From the NCBI GenBank assembly GCA_951406725.2, contig OX597816.1, positions 23,560,001 to 23,624,000 on the forward strand: DNA of 64,000 nucleotides, read 5' to 3'. Below, piece by piece: positions 30,076 through 39,732 of the stretch. A program made the position numbers and the translations under genes. This DNA is from Octopus vulgaris (taxonomy: Eukaryota). Position 1 is the first letter of the stretch. Each line of letters starts with the position of its first letter. Under the pieces are notes generated by a model that saw nothing but the letters and a program-made list of their open reading frames with translations, did no database searches and was not told the origin of the DNA.

Positions 30076-30446
30076 TAGCAGTATCGCCCGGCGTTGCTCG
30101 GGTTTGTAAGGGAAATAACTATAAAGCATTTTTAGAGAGTTATAGCCAAAAAATGGGAAAAAAATGACGGTAAATTTTTTTTTTAGTTAAAAAGGTCGAG
30201 TTGCGTCCCCTAGACAGTCTGTGGTTTGTGTTTCTGATTCTCGACCCCATGTCGAATTTATCGATTTTTTTCAGAAGTGGGGGAACTTTTCAAAATTTTC
30301 GCTGCGTTAGTTTTGAATTATGACATTGGGCTATGTGTGTGTCAAGTTTCATCAGAATCGGTTGAAAGCCGTGGTCAGGGTGAGGGTACAACCTAACAGA
30401 CACACAGAAACATACACAGACAAACTGCCGTTTATATATAGAGAGA
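30075..30446 (-). mobile_element. Non-autonomous Helitron (same 3' end as 6187-6580, different interior)
   Basis: The first ~75 bp match 6187 onward. TC...hairpin-CTAG termini, located in a TA tract. Confidence 0.75.
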
Positions 30447-30450
30447 TACA

Positions 30451-31448
30451 TATATGGATGTGTGTAAATACATTTGAAATACATGTGTAAGAAACAGGTT
30501 AAATAAGAATTTTAGTACGTTTAGTATCACTTCTACCAACCCCGTCTTATTAAATATGTATTTTTACTTTCTGCATTTATCGTTATTCTGCACTGAAAAT
30601 AATAATTAAGAAAATAATTCACATTTATGAAAGAAGTTCTCATACACAATGGATATCATTATGACTAAGTGAATGTATTGCGCTGTTAGACAGAAAATAT
30701 ATTAATTTATTTCACACATGTTAAAAAAAAAATAGATTCGTTTTCAGAACACCTGACAGCTGATCAGAAACTATTTGTCTAACTTGTTAATTAGAGTTGG
30801 AAATTAGGAAATAGTCAGACAAAATGCAGAATGTATTAGCTATTCATTAATTGAATGTATTAACTCATATCACAATATGTCGTATATGCAAAGTACAAAG
30901 GAGACATACCAGAAATTCAGTTGGTTTGAGCTAAAAGTAGAAAATTTAACAATAATAAAATCCTTTTCTATTATAAGCACGAGGCCTGAATTTTGGAGGG
31001 AGGGAGCCAGTTGATTACATGGGGATCTCATATCAAGAGAAACAGCATATGACCTTGCAGGTGAAGGCCCAGTTAGAATTTTCTTCTGGTCGAGTAGCCC
31101 ATCCCGCTCAAAAGGTCCCTGAATAAGGATTGTTTAAGGATGTTGAACGAACCACCCATGTTCCCAAAGGTGAATTATCCAAACCTCTACAACACATGGC
31201 TATGATGCTCTCCAACTACTTCTGCTCGTGGTCAGAGATGCACATATCGTCAGTCACTAAGGGACATTCTCAACCGGTTAAGTTCAAAGAAATGACAAGC
31301 AAATTTGTGGTATTGAGCAGAATATTTGCTGTAGCCCATCTTTTATACCAAGACAAAACAATGTACATGATAACACTTCCAATCAGCTAAGATCAGAAGC
31401 CACGAGAGCCACTGTCTGGTACTGCATGAGGGCATTTATTATTATTAT

Positions 31449-31484
<36 letters not shown>

Positions 31485-31936
31485 CAGTAGCAGCAGCAGC
31501 AGCAGCAGCAGCATGGTGGAGGCAACTGAGGGCCAACTTACAACATGTATCTAGTATGAGACATGTTAATTTGTGTTTTCAAATCTTTATGACAAAGAAT
31601 CCAAATACCAGTTATATTGCCGTCAATCATTCAATTCAATATATGATACCCCTCGTTAAGAAGCAACTTTGTACTGAATCTGAATCGAAAGAAAAAGAAA
31701 TTCTCCTTCTTCTTCGTCTTCTTCTTCGTCTTCTCATTATCATTTTTATTACTTATTTATTTACTTATTCACATCTGATTTTTATTGATCTTGTTGACAT
31801 TATTACAGCTGTTATTGTTATTTGGCGATGTGGTTGTTTTTACAATGACTGCTGTTGCCTTGCCTTGCTTGCTTTTATTATATTTTATTGTTTTGACATG
31901 ATTAACAGAGAAATACGACTTGAGAGTTAACTAACA
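30451..31936 (+). repeat. Left copy of ~1.5-kb direct duplication
   Basis: Matches 39726-41209 with scattered substitutions and small indels. Confidence 0.95.
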
Positions 31937-32235
31937 GTTGTCTGTTCGTCTTCGCTACGATGTTACTTTGTTAGTTAGATGTTACTTTTTCATCGATACA
32001 CTGAACTTTGAACGACTGAATACGAGTGCCTGCTTGGTTGGTAAATTGCTGTTGCTTTGTTGGCTTAATCACTGTTGTTTTGGTGTCTTTTCAATAAGAC
32101 TGTTAGTGGCCTTCGTGCGAGGGCTGCGTACTTGGTTCCCCCCCCCGCGGGGGAATTATTGTGTGTCATCGTGTGTGAAACACATCCAAAAAAAAAAAAA
32201 AAAAAAATTTTTCTACAAACGGCTGCAAAGCCAGA

Positions 32236-33600
32236 ATGTCTTCGGAAGGCGGTGAATGCCAACTGGAAAAAAAACTCGAAATGGAATTCCCCATTTCTTA
32301 TTCACCAATCTCAGGTGATGGAAGCTCTCAAGCCTCAGGTGAAGAAAGCTCACCGGCGGTGACGCCGGAAAAAGAACCGGCGGTAACGCCAGGAAAAAAG
32401 GCCCCAGCGAAGAAGTTCGCAGAAGTTGTGGGGCGTAAACAAAAAAGTATAAATGTAGATAATCTGGAAAAATACGAAGCCCTTCTAAAAAAAGAAGGAA
32501 ATGAGATAGCAGTAAAAAAAGATGTTGAAAAAAAGGAAGAGATTGAAAAGAAAAGGATAATTTATAAGACATACAGCACGACAACAAAAAGTATACAAAA
32601 AGTGGAAGAGAGTAAAATAGAGGAGTCCCTGAAGGCAATTAGAAAGGACGTCACCTATATAAACAGAGGAAGACGGTTCGGAACGGTAGAAGTGAGGTTT
32701 AGGACCGAAGAAATAGCAAAGAGGCTATCTACCGAACCACAAAAAGCAGGAAACATAGTCCTTCTACCCTTGTACAAAGGAAGAAGGACTTCGAAAATAG
32801 TTATGAGGAATATTCCCCCAGAGGCGGACGCCACATGCCTGGTGGCGGCAGTGATGCTGGGCCTGAAGGAAAAAATCAATATCCTACAAGCTACAGTGGA
32901 GGAGGAGGGTTTTTGGCAGGGCCAGATCATCACAATGGCAATACAAGCGGAGGCCCAGACACTGGAGGAAATACCAGAGGTGCTGAGGCTCGATGAGGAG
33001 GAGAGAGTATTGGTATTTGTAGAAGGAAGAAAGCCGAGGTGCTTCGGCTGCGGGAAAAAGGGACACGTAAGAGCGGAGTGTCAACCTAAACCGCAGGTAG
33101 AAGCACCGTCGGAAAAAGAAGAAGCTGAGAAGGAAAAGAAAACAGAAGAAACCAAAGAGGTAGAAAAATCATCGAGTGGTGCGGAAAAAGAAAAAGAAAA
33201 CGAAAAAGAGGAGGGGTGGTCTAAAGTTACCAAAAAAAAACTGAAAACAGAAACCACCCCTCAAGACGAAGAAAACCAGAAGAAAAGAAAAGAAGTTACT
33301 ACTTCATTTATGGCCATTAAGGCTACGAACAACAGACTAGTCAATGTGTTGGCAGCCATGGCCAATGTGGAAAGAGTAAGGAGAACGAAAGACTGTATCG
33401 TGTACAAAATAGGCCGGAAGGACTACAGGAGGATAAAATCCGAATTCTTCCACGACGTGGGCCCTCTGAGACTGGACATGTCTCCATATCTCTACGAGGG
33501 CCTGCGTCGGACTCCCCCACGAGCCAAGGAAAAAAATAAAAACGAAGAAGACGACGAAAAACAAGGCAAGCCAGTCGAACAAGTCGAACCACTGATATAA
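32236..33600 (+). CDS. LINE ORF1 nucleic-acid-binding (gag-like) protein, 454 aa
   Basis: CX2CX4HX4C zinc knuckle CFGCGKKGHVRAEC, upstream RRM-like segment, K/E-rich tail, located directly before ORF2. Exact start codon uncertain. Confidence 0.9.
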   Translation: MSSEGGECQLEKKLEMEFPISYSPISGDGSSQASGEESSPAVTPEKEPAVTPGKKAPAKKFAEVVGRKQKSINVDNLEKYEALLKKEGNEIAVKKDVEKKEEIEKKRIIYKTYSTTTKSIQKVEESKIEESLKAIRKDVTYINRGRRFGTVEVRFRTEEIAKRLSTEPQKAGNIVLLPLYKGRRTSKIVMRNIPPEADATCLVAAVMLGLKEKINILQATVEEEGFWQGQIITMAIQAEAQTLEEIPEVLRLDEEERVLVFVEGRKPRCFGCGKKGHVRAECQPKPQVEAPSEKEEAEKEKKTEETKEVEKSSSGAEKEKENEKEEGWSKVTKKKLKTETTPQDEENQKKRKEVTTSFMAIKATNNRLVNVLAAMANVERVRRTKDCIVYKIGRKDYRRIKSEFFHDVGPLRLDMSPYLYEGLRRTPPRAKEKNKNEEDDEKQGKPVEQVEPLI

Positions 33601-33608
33601 GGTAAGTT

Positions 33609-36600
33609 ATGGACTACATTTATGTTGGTTGTTTAAATGTGCGCGGCCTGGGATCAAGCGGGAAGCAAGGTCGCTTCCTTAATGATATCAGGTCGCGTAA
33701 TTTGGATGTTATTGTTGCTACAGAAACCCGGTTAAAGGGGCCAAGAAGTCTACTCCCGCTGTTTGACGGCTACGAGAGTTTTTTCTCTCCGGCCAGTCCT
33801 ACAGGCGGGGGTGGGGTGTTGGTCCTATTAAAAAGAAACCGGGTTTTTGAGAAAAAGTTAATTTTTTCAGACCCAGAAGGTAGGCTGGTCGTCATGGATT
33901 TGACGTTCAGTAACGGTAAAGTTATCAGACTGGTTGCAATTTACGCACCCAATACAGGGCAAAGTGATTATTTTCGTGAACTAGAAAACTTTCTCGGTAC
34001 TTCGCATTCATTAGTTGTGCTAGGAGACTTTAACACAATTTGCAAAGCGGATGTAGATTGTGTTGGCTCGAATGCAGATAGAAAAGGTAACTATTGCTTC
34101 CTGGAACTGCTAAGCCGCTTTGAGCTAGCAGATCCTTATAGGTTGGAATTTCCGAACGCTCCATTGTGGACATGGTCAAACAGCGACGGATCTTCCAGGT
34201 CATACATAGATAGAATTCTAATTAGAAAGGTAGACAGTAAAATAGCTAATTGTCCACAGTTTTACCCGATCAGCTACAGTGATCATAAAATGGTCACTTG
34301 TAAGCTTGACATAGATAAGGTTAGAAATAGAGGATCCGGTTACTGGAAACTTAATACGTCCCTTTTGGCGATTAAGGAGTACAGAGACCGGATTAGGACT
34401 ATAATTCAGAGGGCGCTGTCTGGTGCCATCATTAATAACAAATGGTGGTACGCCCTCAAACGAGCCATCAAGTTTGAGTCTATTAGATATAGCATAGGAG
34501 TAGTGACTAGAGAGGCTAGAAGGGAAACTACTCTAGTTAAGGAATTAGAGGAAGCCATGAAAACTGGCTCTGCGGCTCAGGTGGCGTCCAAGAGACTGGT
34601 GTTAAACCAGCACCTCGAGGCCAAACACATGGGCTGCATTGTCAGGGCTAGAATCCGTCATACGGGATGTGAAGGAATCAACGCCGTGAGATGGGCCCGA
34701 GTGGTGGAAGCCCGGAATGGCAACGATGCCACGATTCGATCTTTGAAGAACCAACAAGGTGAGTTGATAAACGAACCCGAGGAGATGTGTGAGGCCTTTC
34801 AGGAGCACTTCGCTCAGCTTTTCGGTGAGTGCGGCGGGCTGGATAGGAGGAGGGCCTTTACGGACCTACTCGACGGGCTGCCGCGCTTATCGGGGCGAGA
34901 TGCGGAGGGCTGTGAAGGGCCAATCACGCCTGAGGAGGTGGTTGAGGCAATGACGGACTGCGGCGCGGGCAAGGCGCCGGGTTTGGATGGTCTACCCTAT
35001 GAGTTATATAAGAGTATGCCAGACTTGTTCGGGCACCTACTGGCGGAGGTCTATGCGAACTGGCAGCAGAACGGGCTTATACCCAGATCTGTGCGCCGGG
35101 GAGTGGTGACTCTCGTCAGAAAGGACCCGAGCAAGGGGGAGTGCATTGATAATTTCAGGCCCATCACTCTGCTAAACACAGAGTTGAAGATTTTGGCCAA
35201 AGTGTTATCGAAAAGATTGGCGCGTGTCGCGGATGGTCTGATCGGGGAGGCACAGACATGTGCCGTTCCGGGCAGAACCATTCAGGATAATCTCCATCTA
35301 ATGCGGTACACTATAGAGGGGTTTAATAGTGATTCTGGCAAGGGTGGGGCACTGGTCCATTTAGACCAATCCAAGGCTTTTGATAGGGTCGACCATCGTT
35401 ACCTGGTATCTGCCCTGGCACAGTTCGGGCTGAGCCTTGGCTTCCTCAGGTGGATTATCCAAATTTATGACAACATCGACTCGGTAGTTCGGGTGAACGG
35501 CTTCTTGTCGAAGCCGTTCAAAATCAAACGCTCGGTTCGTCAAGGGTGTCCGCTCTCCCCGCTTTTGTACGTGATGGCTCTTGAGCCATTACTGCGAAAA
35601 CTGAGCGGCATCCCGAGACAGCCAGGTAATGGAAAATCAGTGTCAGCGTACGCGGACGACATCACCATCATCGTAACCGAAATGGACCACCTATGTAAAG
35701 TAGGCAAGGCCATAGAGGTTTACGAGACGGTGACAGGAGCAAAAGTTAATCGCGAAAAGTCAGTCGGCTTGCAACTCGGCACCTGGAGAGGCAAGTCGAT
35801 GCCTCCTGACAGCGTCGTGGGACGTTGGACGGAGGGTCCGATTAAACTGCTAGGGGTCTGGTTCGGTCCAGACCTCCAAATAGAGAAGAATTGGGGCGAG
35901 GTAACGAGCAAGGTGGCTGCAGTAGCCAAGACCTGGTCTTGGCGGTGGCTATCCCTGAAAGGGAGGGCGGAGGTGGCCAATGTGTTTATCGCATCGGTTA
36001 TCACCTACCGCCTTTCCGTCGTTCCATGCCCTGATTCGTGGTTGATCAAGTTGGAAAGACAGCTCTTCTACTTCTTGTGGAAGGGCGGGAAACCATTTGT
36101 GAAACGCTCTACTTGCTGTCAACAACCGTTAAAGGGTGGGCTAGGGATGCCTTGGCTGATGATGCGCAAACATGCGCTGAGGTTAAGACATCTGTGGCTC
36201 TACCTGGATGGTGAACGGGTGTGGTCTTCGCTAGCAAAACTGATGTTTCCCAAGTTCACTAGTTTCGGTGGATGGGAAACCTGGTTGAATCTTAAATCGA
36301 AACTGGGCACATGGTATACGGAGTGTCGCAAGGCTCTCCTGCTATTCCGTCGCTCGGGCAACGCCTGCGGTGGGGGTTCCACCACATTCTTCTATAGAGG
36401 GTTGGTAGAGGCGGAATGTGAAGACACCCTGGGGGAAACCCTAGGTCTCGACGATAATCAGCTGGCCAGTCTGTTCCGACGTACGTTCGAGCCGAAGACA
36501 CTGGACAACTTCCAGAAGTCTCTGGCATGGCAATGCTACAGAGGAGCTCTACCTGTTCGGGATAAACTCGCAAGGCACGGTGGCCAAGACAGTCCGACGT

Positions 36601-37004
36601 GTCCAAGATGCGGGCGGGATAGGGAAACCGTCCCGCACGCTATTGTCCATTGTTCGGTCGTGTCTGAGGTGTGGGTTTATGCCGAACACCTGTTGTCAAA
36701 CACACGAAGAGTACAGCTGTCGACTGAGTGTATTAAAAAAATTGACCCACCAGACTTCCTCGCGAAAGAAGGTAAGAATTGTTTTCTCGTTGTGGTAGCA
36801 ATTGCGAAAGAGGTGATATGGAAGACGAGAATGAAAGGTATACGGTCAGGCAAGTTCATATCCGGCCCTGGGTTGATGAATTATTTCATCTTCCACCTGA
36901 AAAGGAAAGATGAGAAGATAGAGAGAAAATGCCTGACTAAAAGAGTGTATGAAGAACGATGGAAGGATGTAGCACGGAAGTTGCGAATAGATGACACCAC
37001 ATAA
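33609..37004 (+). CDS. LINE ORF2: apurinic-like endonuclease + reverse transcriptase + C-terminal zinc finger, 1131 aa
   Basis: APE motifs LNVRGL, ATET, GDFN, IDRIL, SDH. RT motifs KAPGLDG, NFRPITLLN, LDQSKAFD, RQGCPLSP, YADD, then GGLG. C-terminal CPRC...H...C. The GYWKLN linker is typical of the L1/Tx1 clade. Confidence 0.97.
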   Translation: MDYIYVGCLNVRGLGSSGKQGRFLNDIRSRNLDVIVATETRLKGPRSLLPLFDGYESFFSPASPTGGGGVLVLLKRNRVFEKKLIFSDPEGRLVVMDLTFSNGKVIRLVAIYAPNTGQSDYFRELENFLGTSHSLVVLGDFNTICKADVDCVGSNADRKGNYCFLELLSRFELADPYRLEFPNAPLWTWSNSDGSSRSYIDRILIRKVDSKIANCPQFYPISYSDHKMVTCKLDIDKVRNRGSGYWKLNTSLLAIKEYRDRIRTIIQRALSGAIINNKWWYALKRAIKFESIRYSIGVVTREARRETTLVKELEEAMKTGSAAQVASKRLVLNQHLEAKHMGCIVRARIRHTGCEGINAVRWARVVEARNGNDATIRSLKNQQGELINEPEEMCEAFQEHFAQLFGECGGLDRRRAFTDLLDGLPRLSGRDAEGCEGPITPEEVVEAMTDCGAGKAPGLDGLPYELYKSMPDLFGHLLAEVYANWQQNGLIPRSVRRGVVTLVRKDPSKGECIDNFRPITLLNTELKILAKVLSKRLARVADGLIGEAQTCAVPGRTIQDNLHLMRYTIEGFNSDSGKGGALVHLDQSKAFDRVDHRYLVSALAQFGLSLGFLRWIIQIYDNIDSVVRVNGFLSKPFKIKRSVRQGCPLSPLLYVMALEPLLRKLSGIPRQPGNGKSVSAYADDITIIVTEMDHLCKVGKAIEVYETVTGAKVNREKSVGLQLGTWRGKSMPPDSVVGRWTEGPIKLLGVWFGPDLQIEKNWGEVTSKVAAVAKTWSWRWLSLKGRAEVANVFIASVITYRLSVVPCPDSWLIKLERQLFYFLWKGGKPFVKRSTCCQQPLKGGLGMPWLMMRKHALRLRHLWLYLDGERVWSSLAKLMFPKFTSFGGWETWLNLKSKLGTWYTECRKALLLFRRSGNACGGGSTTFFYRGLVEAECEDTLGETLGLDDNQLASLFRRTFEPKTLDNFQKSLAWQCYRGALPVRDKLARHGGQDSPTCPRCGRDRETVPHAIVHCSVVSEVWVYAEHLLSNTRRVQLSTECIKKIDPPDFLAKEGKNCFLVVVAIAKEVIWKTRMKGIRSGKFISGPGLMNYFIFHLKRKDEKIERKCLTKRVYEERWKDVARKLRIDDTT

Positions 37005-37254
37005 ATGTAAATCAGAACGAAACCAAAGTATCAGTGGTGAGGCGGGGCTCGTGGGGTCCGAGCTGAACCCGCCCCCACTCCACCTGTAATGTCTTCCGGT
37101 CTGTTATTCATTCGATTTTATAATTTTTGCATTTTTGTGAATTTTTGAAATTTTTAATCTCATCCTTTTTGTAACCCCATCCGAGAATCTGACCCCACAT
37201 CAGGTTGTATCGTCCCCTCTTTGTTTGCCCCTTGTGGGTAATAAAGAAATAGGG

Positions 37255-37735
37255 CAGTTGTCTGTTCGTCTTCGCTACGTAAGGTTGGTAGTTTATTTAT
37301 GATGTGTTCAGAATCAGTTCTGCTGAGGATCATAAGACGTAAGTTGAATGTGAAATCACGGTGATACAGAACTAAATTCATTTTTTAAATGTCTTGCTTT
37401 GAAAAACTGCATTTAGGTATGATTAGTATAATTTTGGTAGTAATGACTTTGTCCCTCTTAGTGTGAGGCATTTATGTGTAATAATGCCCTCTATACAATA
37501 TAGATATAATTAATTTGTTCAAAAGGAAAAAAATTATTTTCGAATTCTTTTCTTTTATGAGGTTTTCACGCTAACTACCCGATAATTTCTTGTTAAGATC
37601 CCTTATTAAGAGATTATCCTTAATTGTTAAACTTATTCCGAAATACTTTTCATTACCCGACATGCAGTTCGTAAAAAGCCCGCCATTTACCGGATATATG
37701 ATTTATAAACATTCCATGTGCTTGGCCGGAGTGGG
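37255..37735 (+). repeat. ~481-bp unit that is the insertion target of both retroelements
   Basis: CAGTTGTCT(G/A)TTCGTC recurs at 31935, 37255, 37736 and 39452. 37254-37501 is repeated at 39451-39698 with no differences I could see. Confidence 0.8.
37256..37500 (+). ncRNA. Candidate small Pol II RNA (SL-RNA/snRNA-like), unidentified
   Basis: Starts at an Inr-like GCAGTT. Short leader followed by GT donors (TAC|GTAAGG or AAG|GTTGGT), stem AGTTCTG/CAGAACT, AATTTTGG Sm-like site at ~37430, hairpin GAGGCATT/AATGCCCTC near the end. No match to an snRNA I recognise. Confidence 0.3.
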
Positions 37736-37742
37736 CAGTTGT
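37680..37742 (+). promoter_or_regulatory. Putative core promoter of the target unit (TATA + Inr)
   Basis: TATAAA at 37704-37709 lies 33 nt upstream of the A of GCAGTT (37737). CGCCATTT at 37681, and a TACCCGA motif occurs twice further upstream. Confidence 0.45.
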
Positions 37743-37751
37743 CTATTCGTC

Positions 37752-39450
37752 AGTTTGAGTTCGGTCGTGTTTTTTTACGCTCGTAAAATTCGGTAAAAAA
37801 AGATAAAAAAGAATTGTTGTTGTTGTTGTGGAAATTTTGAACGGCGTTAAAGCGGTTTCGCGTTCCACTGGTTCTGCGCGTAACACTTTTTCTGTTTTGA
37901 CGGCCGTTTTGGCCTGTCAGGCGGGAGGAGATGGATGACCACTCCCTAGTGGAGGAGTCGGAGGAAGAATGGATATTTGAGAGCTTGTCGGAGACATCGA
38001 ACTCTGAAGACGAGCAAATCGGTGATGTAAATAATGTGGAGACAAAAAACAGGAAAACGTACGCAGGAGTTGCAAAAAGAAGACGGAACAGGAAAAAGAA
38101 ATAAACCTAGAAAAATTGCCAGGTTTCCAGAGGTATATGAGGAAGGACAGCGGCGAGGTGGAACTGGAACCACCACCAAAGAGAAAGGAATGGTACAATA
38201 AGAGGACCATAATTTACAGGGTGTTCGTGAACGAAAGAAAGAAAATAGAGATCGTAAACATGGAATGGATAGAGGAGGCCCTGAGAAGATCGGAGGAGGA
38301 AATCATTTTTCTGACTCGAGGATCGAAGTACGGTACTGTAGTGGTGCATTTTAAAAGTGAGACTGCAGCGAGGAGGATGGCGGTGAAGGCGGTGAAGTCA
38401 GAAAGGGTAACACTTTTACCTATGTACTTGAATAGAAGGATCACACGAGTAAGGGTGGAGGGAGTGCCACCAAACGTGGAGGCTGAGTGGATTGTGGCGG
38501 CTGTGATCAGCGGCCACGAGGAGAAAGTAGATATTCTCCATGCCTCGGTCAAGACCGAGGGCTGGAGAGGCGTAATAGTGGAGCTGAACGTGCAGGCGGA
38601 GAGCGAGGTACTGGTGGACCTGGCGGAGAGCATTAAATTGGGAGACGTGATTATGAGAGTGTGGGTGGAGGGCAGAGCTCCACGTTGTTACAAGTGTGGC
38701 CTGAGGGGCCACATAAGAGCCTTCTGCCCTCCCCCACCAAGAGAAAAGGAAATCGTTGAGGAAACTCCAAAAGAGGAGGCCCCAAAAGAAGAAGAAATTA
38801 AAGAGAAGCAGACGGAAAGGGAAATGACAGAGGAGGAGGAGATGCAAAAAGAGTGTGAGGAGGGCAGAAAGAAGAGAAAAGGAAAGAAAAGGAAAAACTG
38901 TGCGAAGCCCCAACCCACCCCAATACCACCCACACCCTTGGAGACCCATCCTGCCCCCGCAAACAGCAATCCCACCCACTCCCCGCCTACAAGAAAAACG
39001 AAAACAGACACACAGAACATACAAAAGCCCCAGTCCTACTTTTTATGTGTTGTGGGGAAGGAGATACTGAGAACGCAAGAAGGCTTTTTGAAGACGATGT
39101 ATGGCAGGAGTATGAGGACGGAAGCTATGCGGTATTCGATTTTGAACTCATGGGCTCTTTGATGAACAAGTGCAATGAACTAAGAATAAATTGTTTATCA
39201 GTATATTTGAAGGATGATATGATAGAGAGATATGAGAGAGAAATGAAAGGTGAGGTGAAAAACTTTGGAATCGCGATAGGAAACGGAAAGGTAAGTGATG
39301 CTGGCGGAGGGGGCCGTTAGCATCGCTTTCATGTTATCATTTTTTCATTTTAACATTCATTTAATCATAATTTTAATCGCATTGTTTTATGTCCCCCATG
39401 TTTTGTAATGTTCCCTCTTCGTGGCCCCTAGTGGGTAATAGAGAAATAGG
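37752..39450 (+). mobile_element. ORF1-only non-autonomous LINE derivative (HAL1-like)
   Basis: Encodes an ORF1 homologue and no ORF2. Ends GCCCCTAGTGGGTAATAGAGAAATAGG like the LINE. Flanked by GGGCAGTTGTCT(A/G)TTCGTC at 37733-37751 and 39449-39467. Confidence 0.85.
37931..39320 (+). CDS. Diverged ORF1/gag-like zinc-knuckle protein, with 1-2 apparent frameshifts (core frame 38116-39162)
   Basis: Aligns by eye to LINE ORF1: FLTRGSKYGTVVVHF vs YINRGRRFGTVEVRF; LLPMYLNRR vs LLPLYKGRR; VWVEGRAPRCYKCGLRGHIRAFC vs VFVEGRKPRCFGCGKKGHVRAEC. The ATG at 37931 joins the main frame if one A is added in the run near 38074-38078. The C-terminus ends at 39162 or shifts into 39045-39320. Confidence 0.75.
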
Positions 39451-39694
39451 GCAGTTGTCTGTTCGTCTTCGCTACGTAAGGTTGGTAGTTTATTTATGAT
39501 GTGTTCAGAATCAGTTCTGCTGAGGATCATAAGACGTAAGTTGAATGTGAAATCACGGTGATACAGAACTAAATTCATTTTTTAAATGTCTTGCTTTGAA
39601 AAACTGCATTTAGGTATGATTAGTATAATTTTGGTAGTAATGACTTTGTCCCTCTTAGTGTGAGGCATTTATGTGTAATAATGCCCTCTATACA

Positions 39695-39698
<4 letters not shown>
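39451..39698 (+). repeat. Second, 3'-truncated copy of the target unit
   Basis: 248-bp direct copy of 37254-37501 that runs into a (TA)n tract. Confidence 0.9.

Positions 39699-39725
<27 letters not shown>

Positions 39726-39732
<7 letters not shown>

Larger units (their letters stand above)
31960..37253 (+). mobile_element. Full-length non-LTR retrotransposon, L1/Tx1 clade, apparently intact
   Basis: Two long uninterrupted ORFs (gag-like ORF1, APE-RT ORF2), ~275-nt 5'UTR, T-rich 3'UTR ending GCCCCTTGTGGGTAATAAAGAAATAGG. Flanked by a 25-bp direct repeat CAGTTGTCTGTTCGTCTTCGCTACG (31935-31959 and 37255-37279). Confidence 0.95.

Noticed and set aside
37299-37330. C/D-box snoRNA within the target unit (ATGATG ... 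CTGA)
   Set aside because: The box C is imperfect, the only CTGA is too close, and there is no terminal D box or closing stem.
32213-39024. Antisense ORFs overlapping the LINE and ORF1-only element (e.g. 32213-32638, 38214-38633, 38416-39024)
   Set aside because: They are shadow frames of purine-rich sense ORFs with low-complexity F/L/S composition.
31935-39467. CRISPR-like array from the recurring 17-25-bp motif
   Set aside because: The context is eukaryotic, spacing is kb-scale and irregular, and there are no cas genes. TSDs in a tandem unit explain it.
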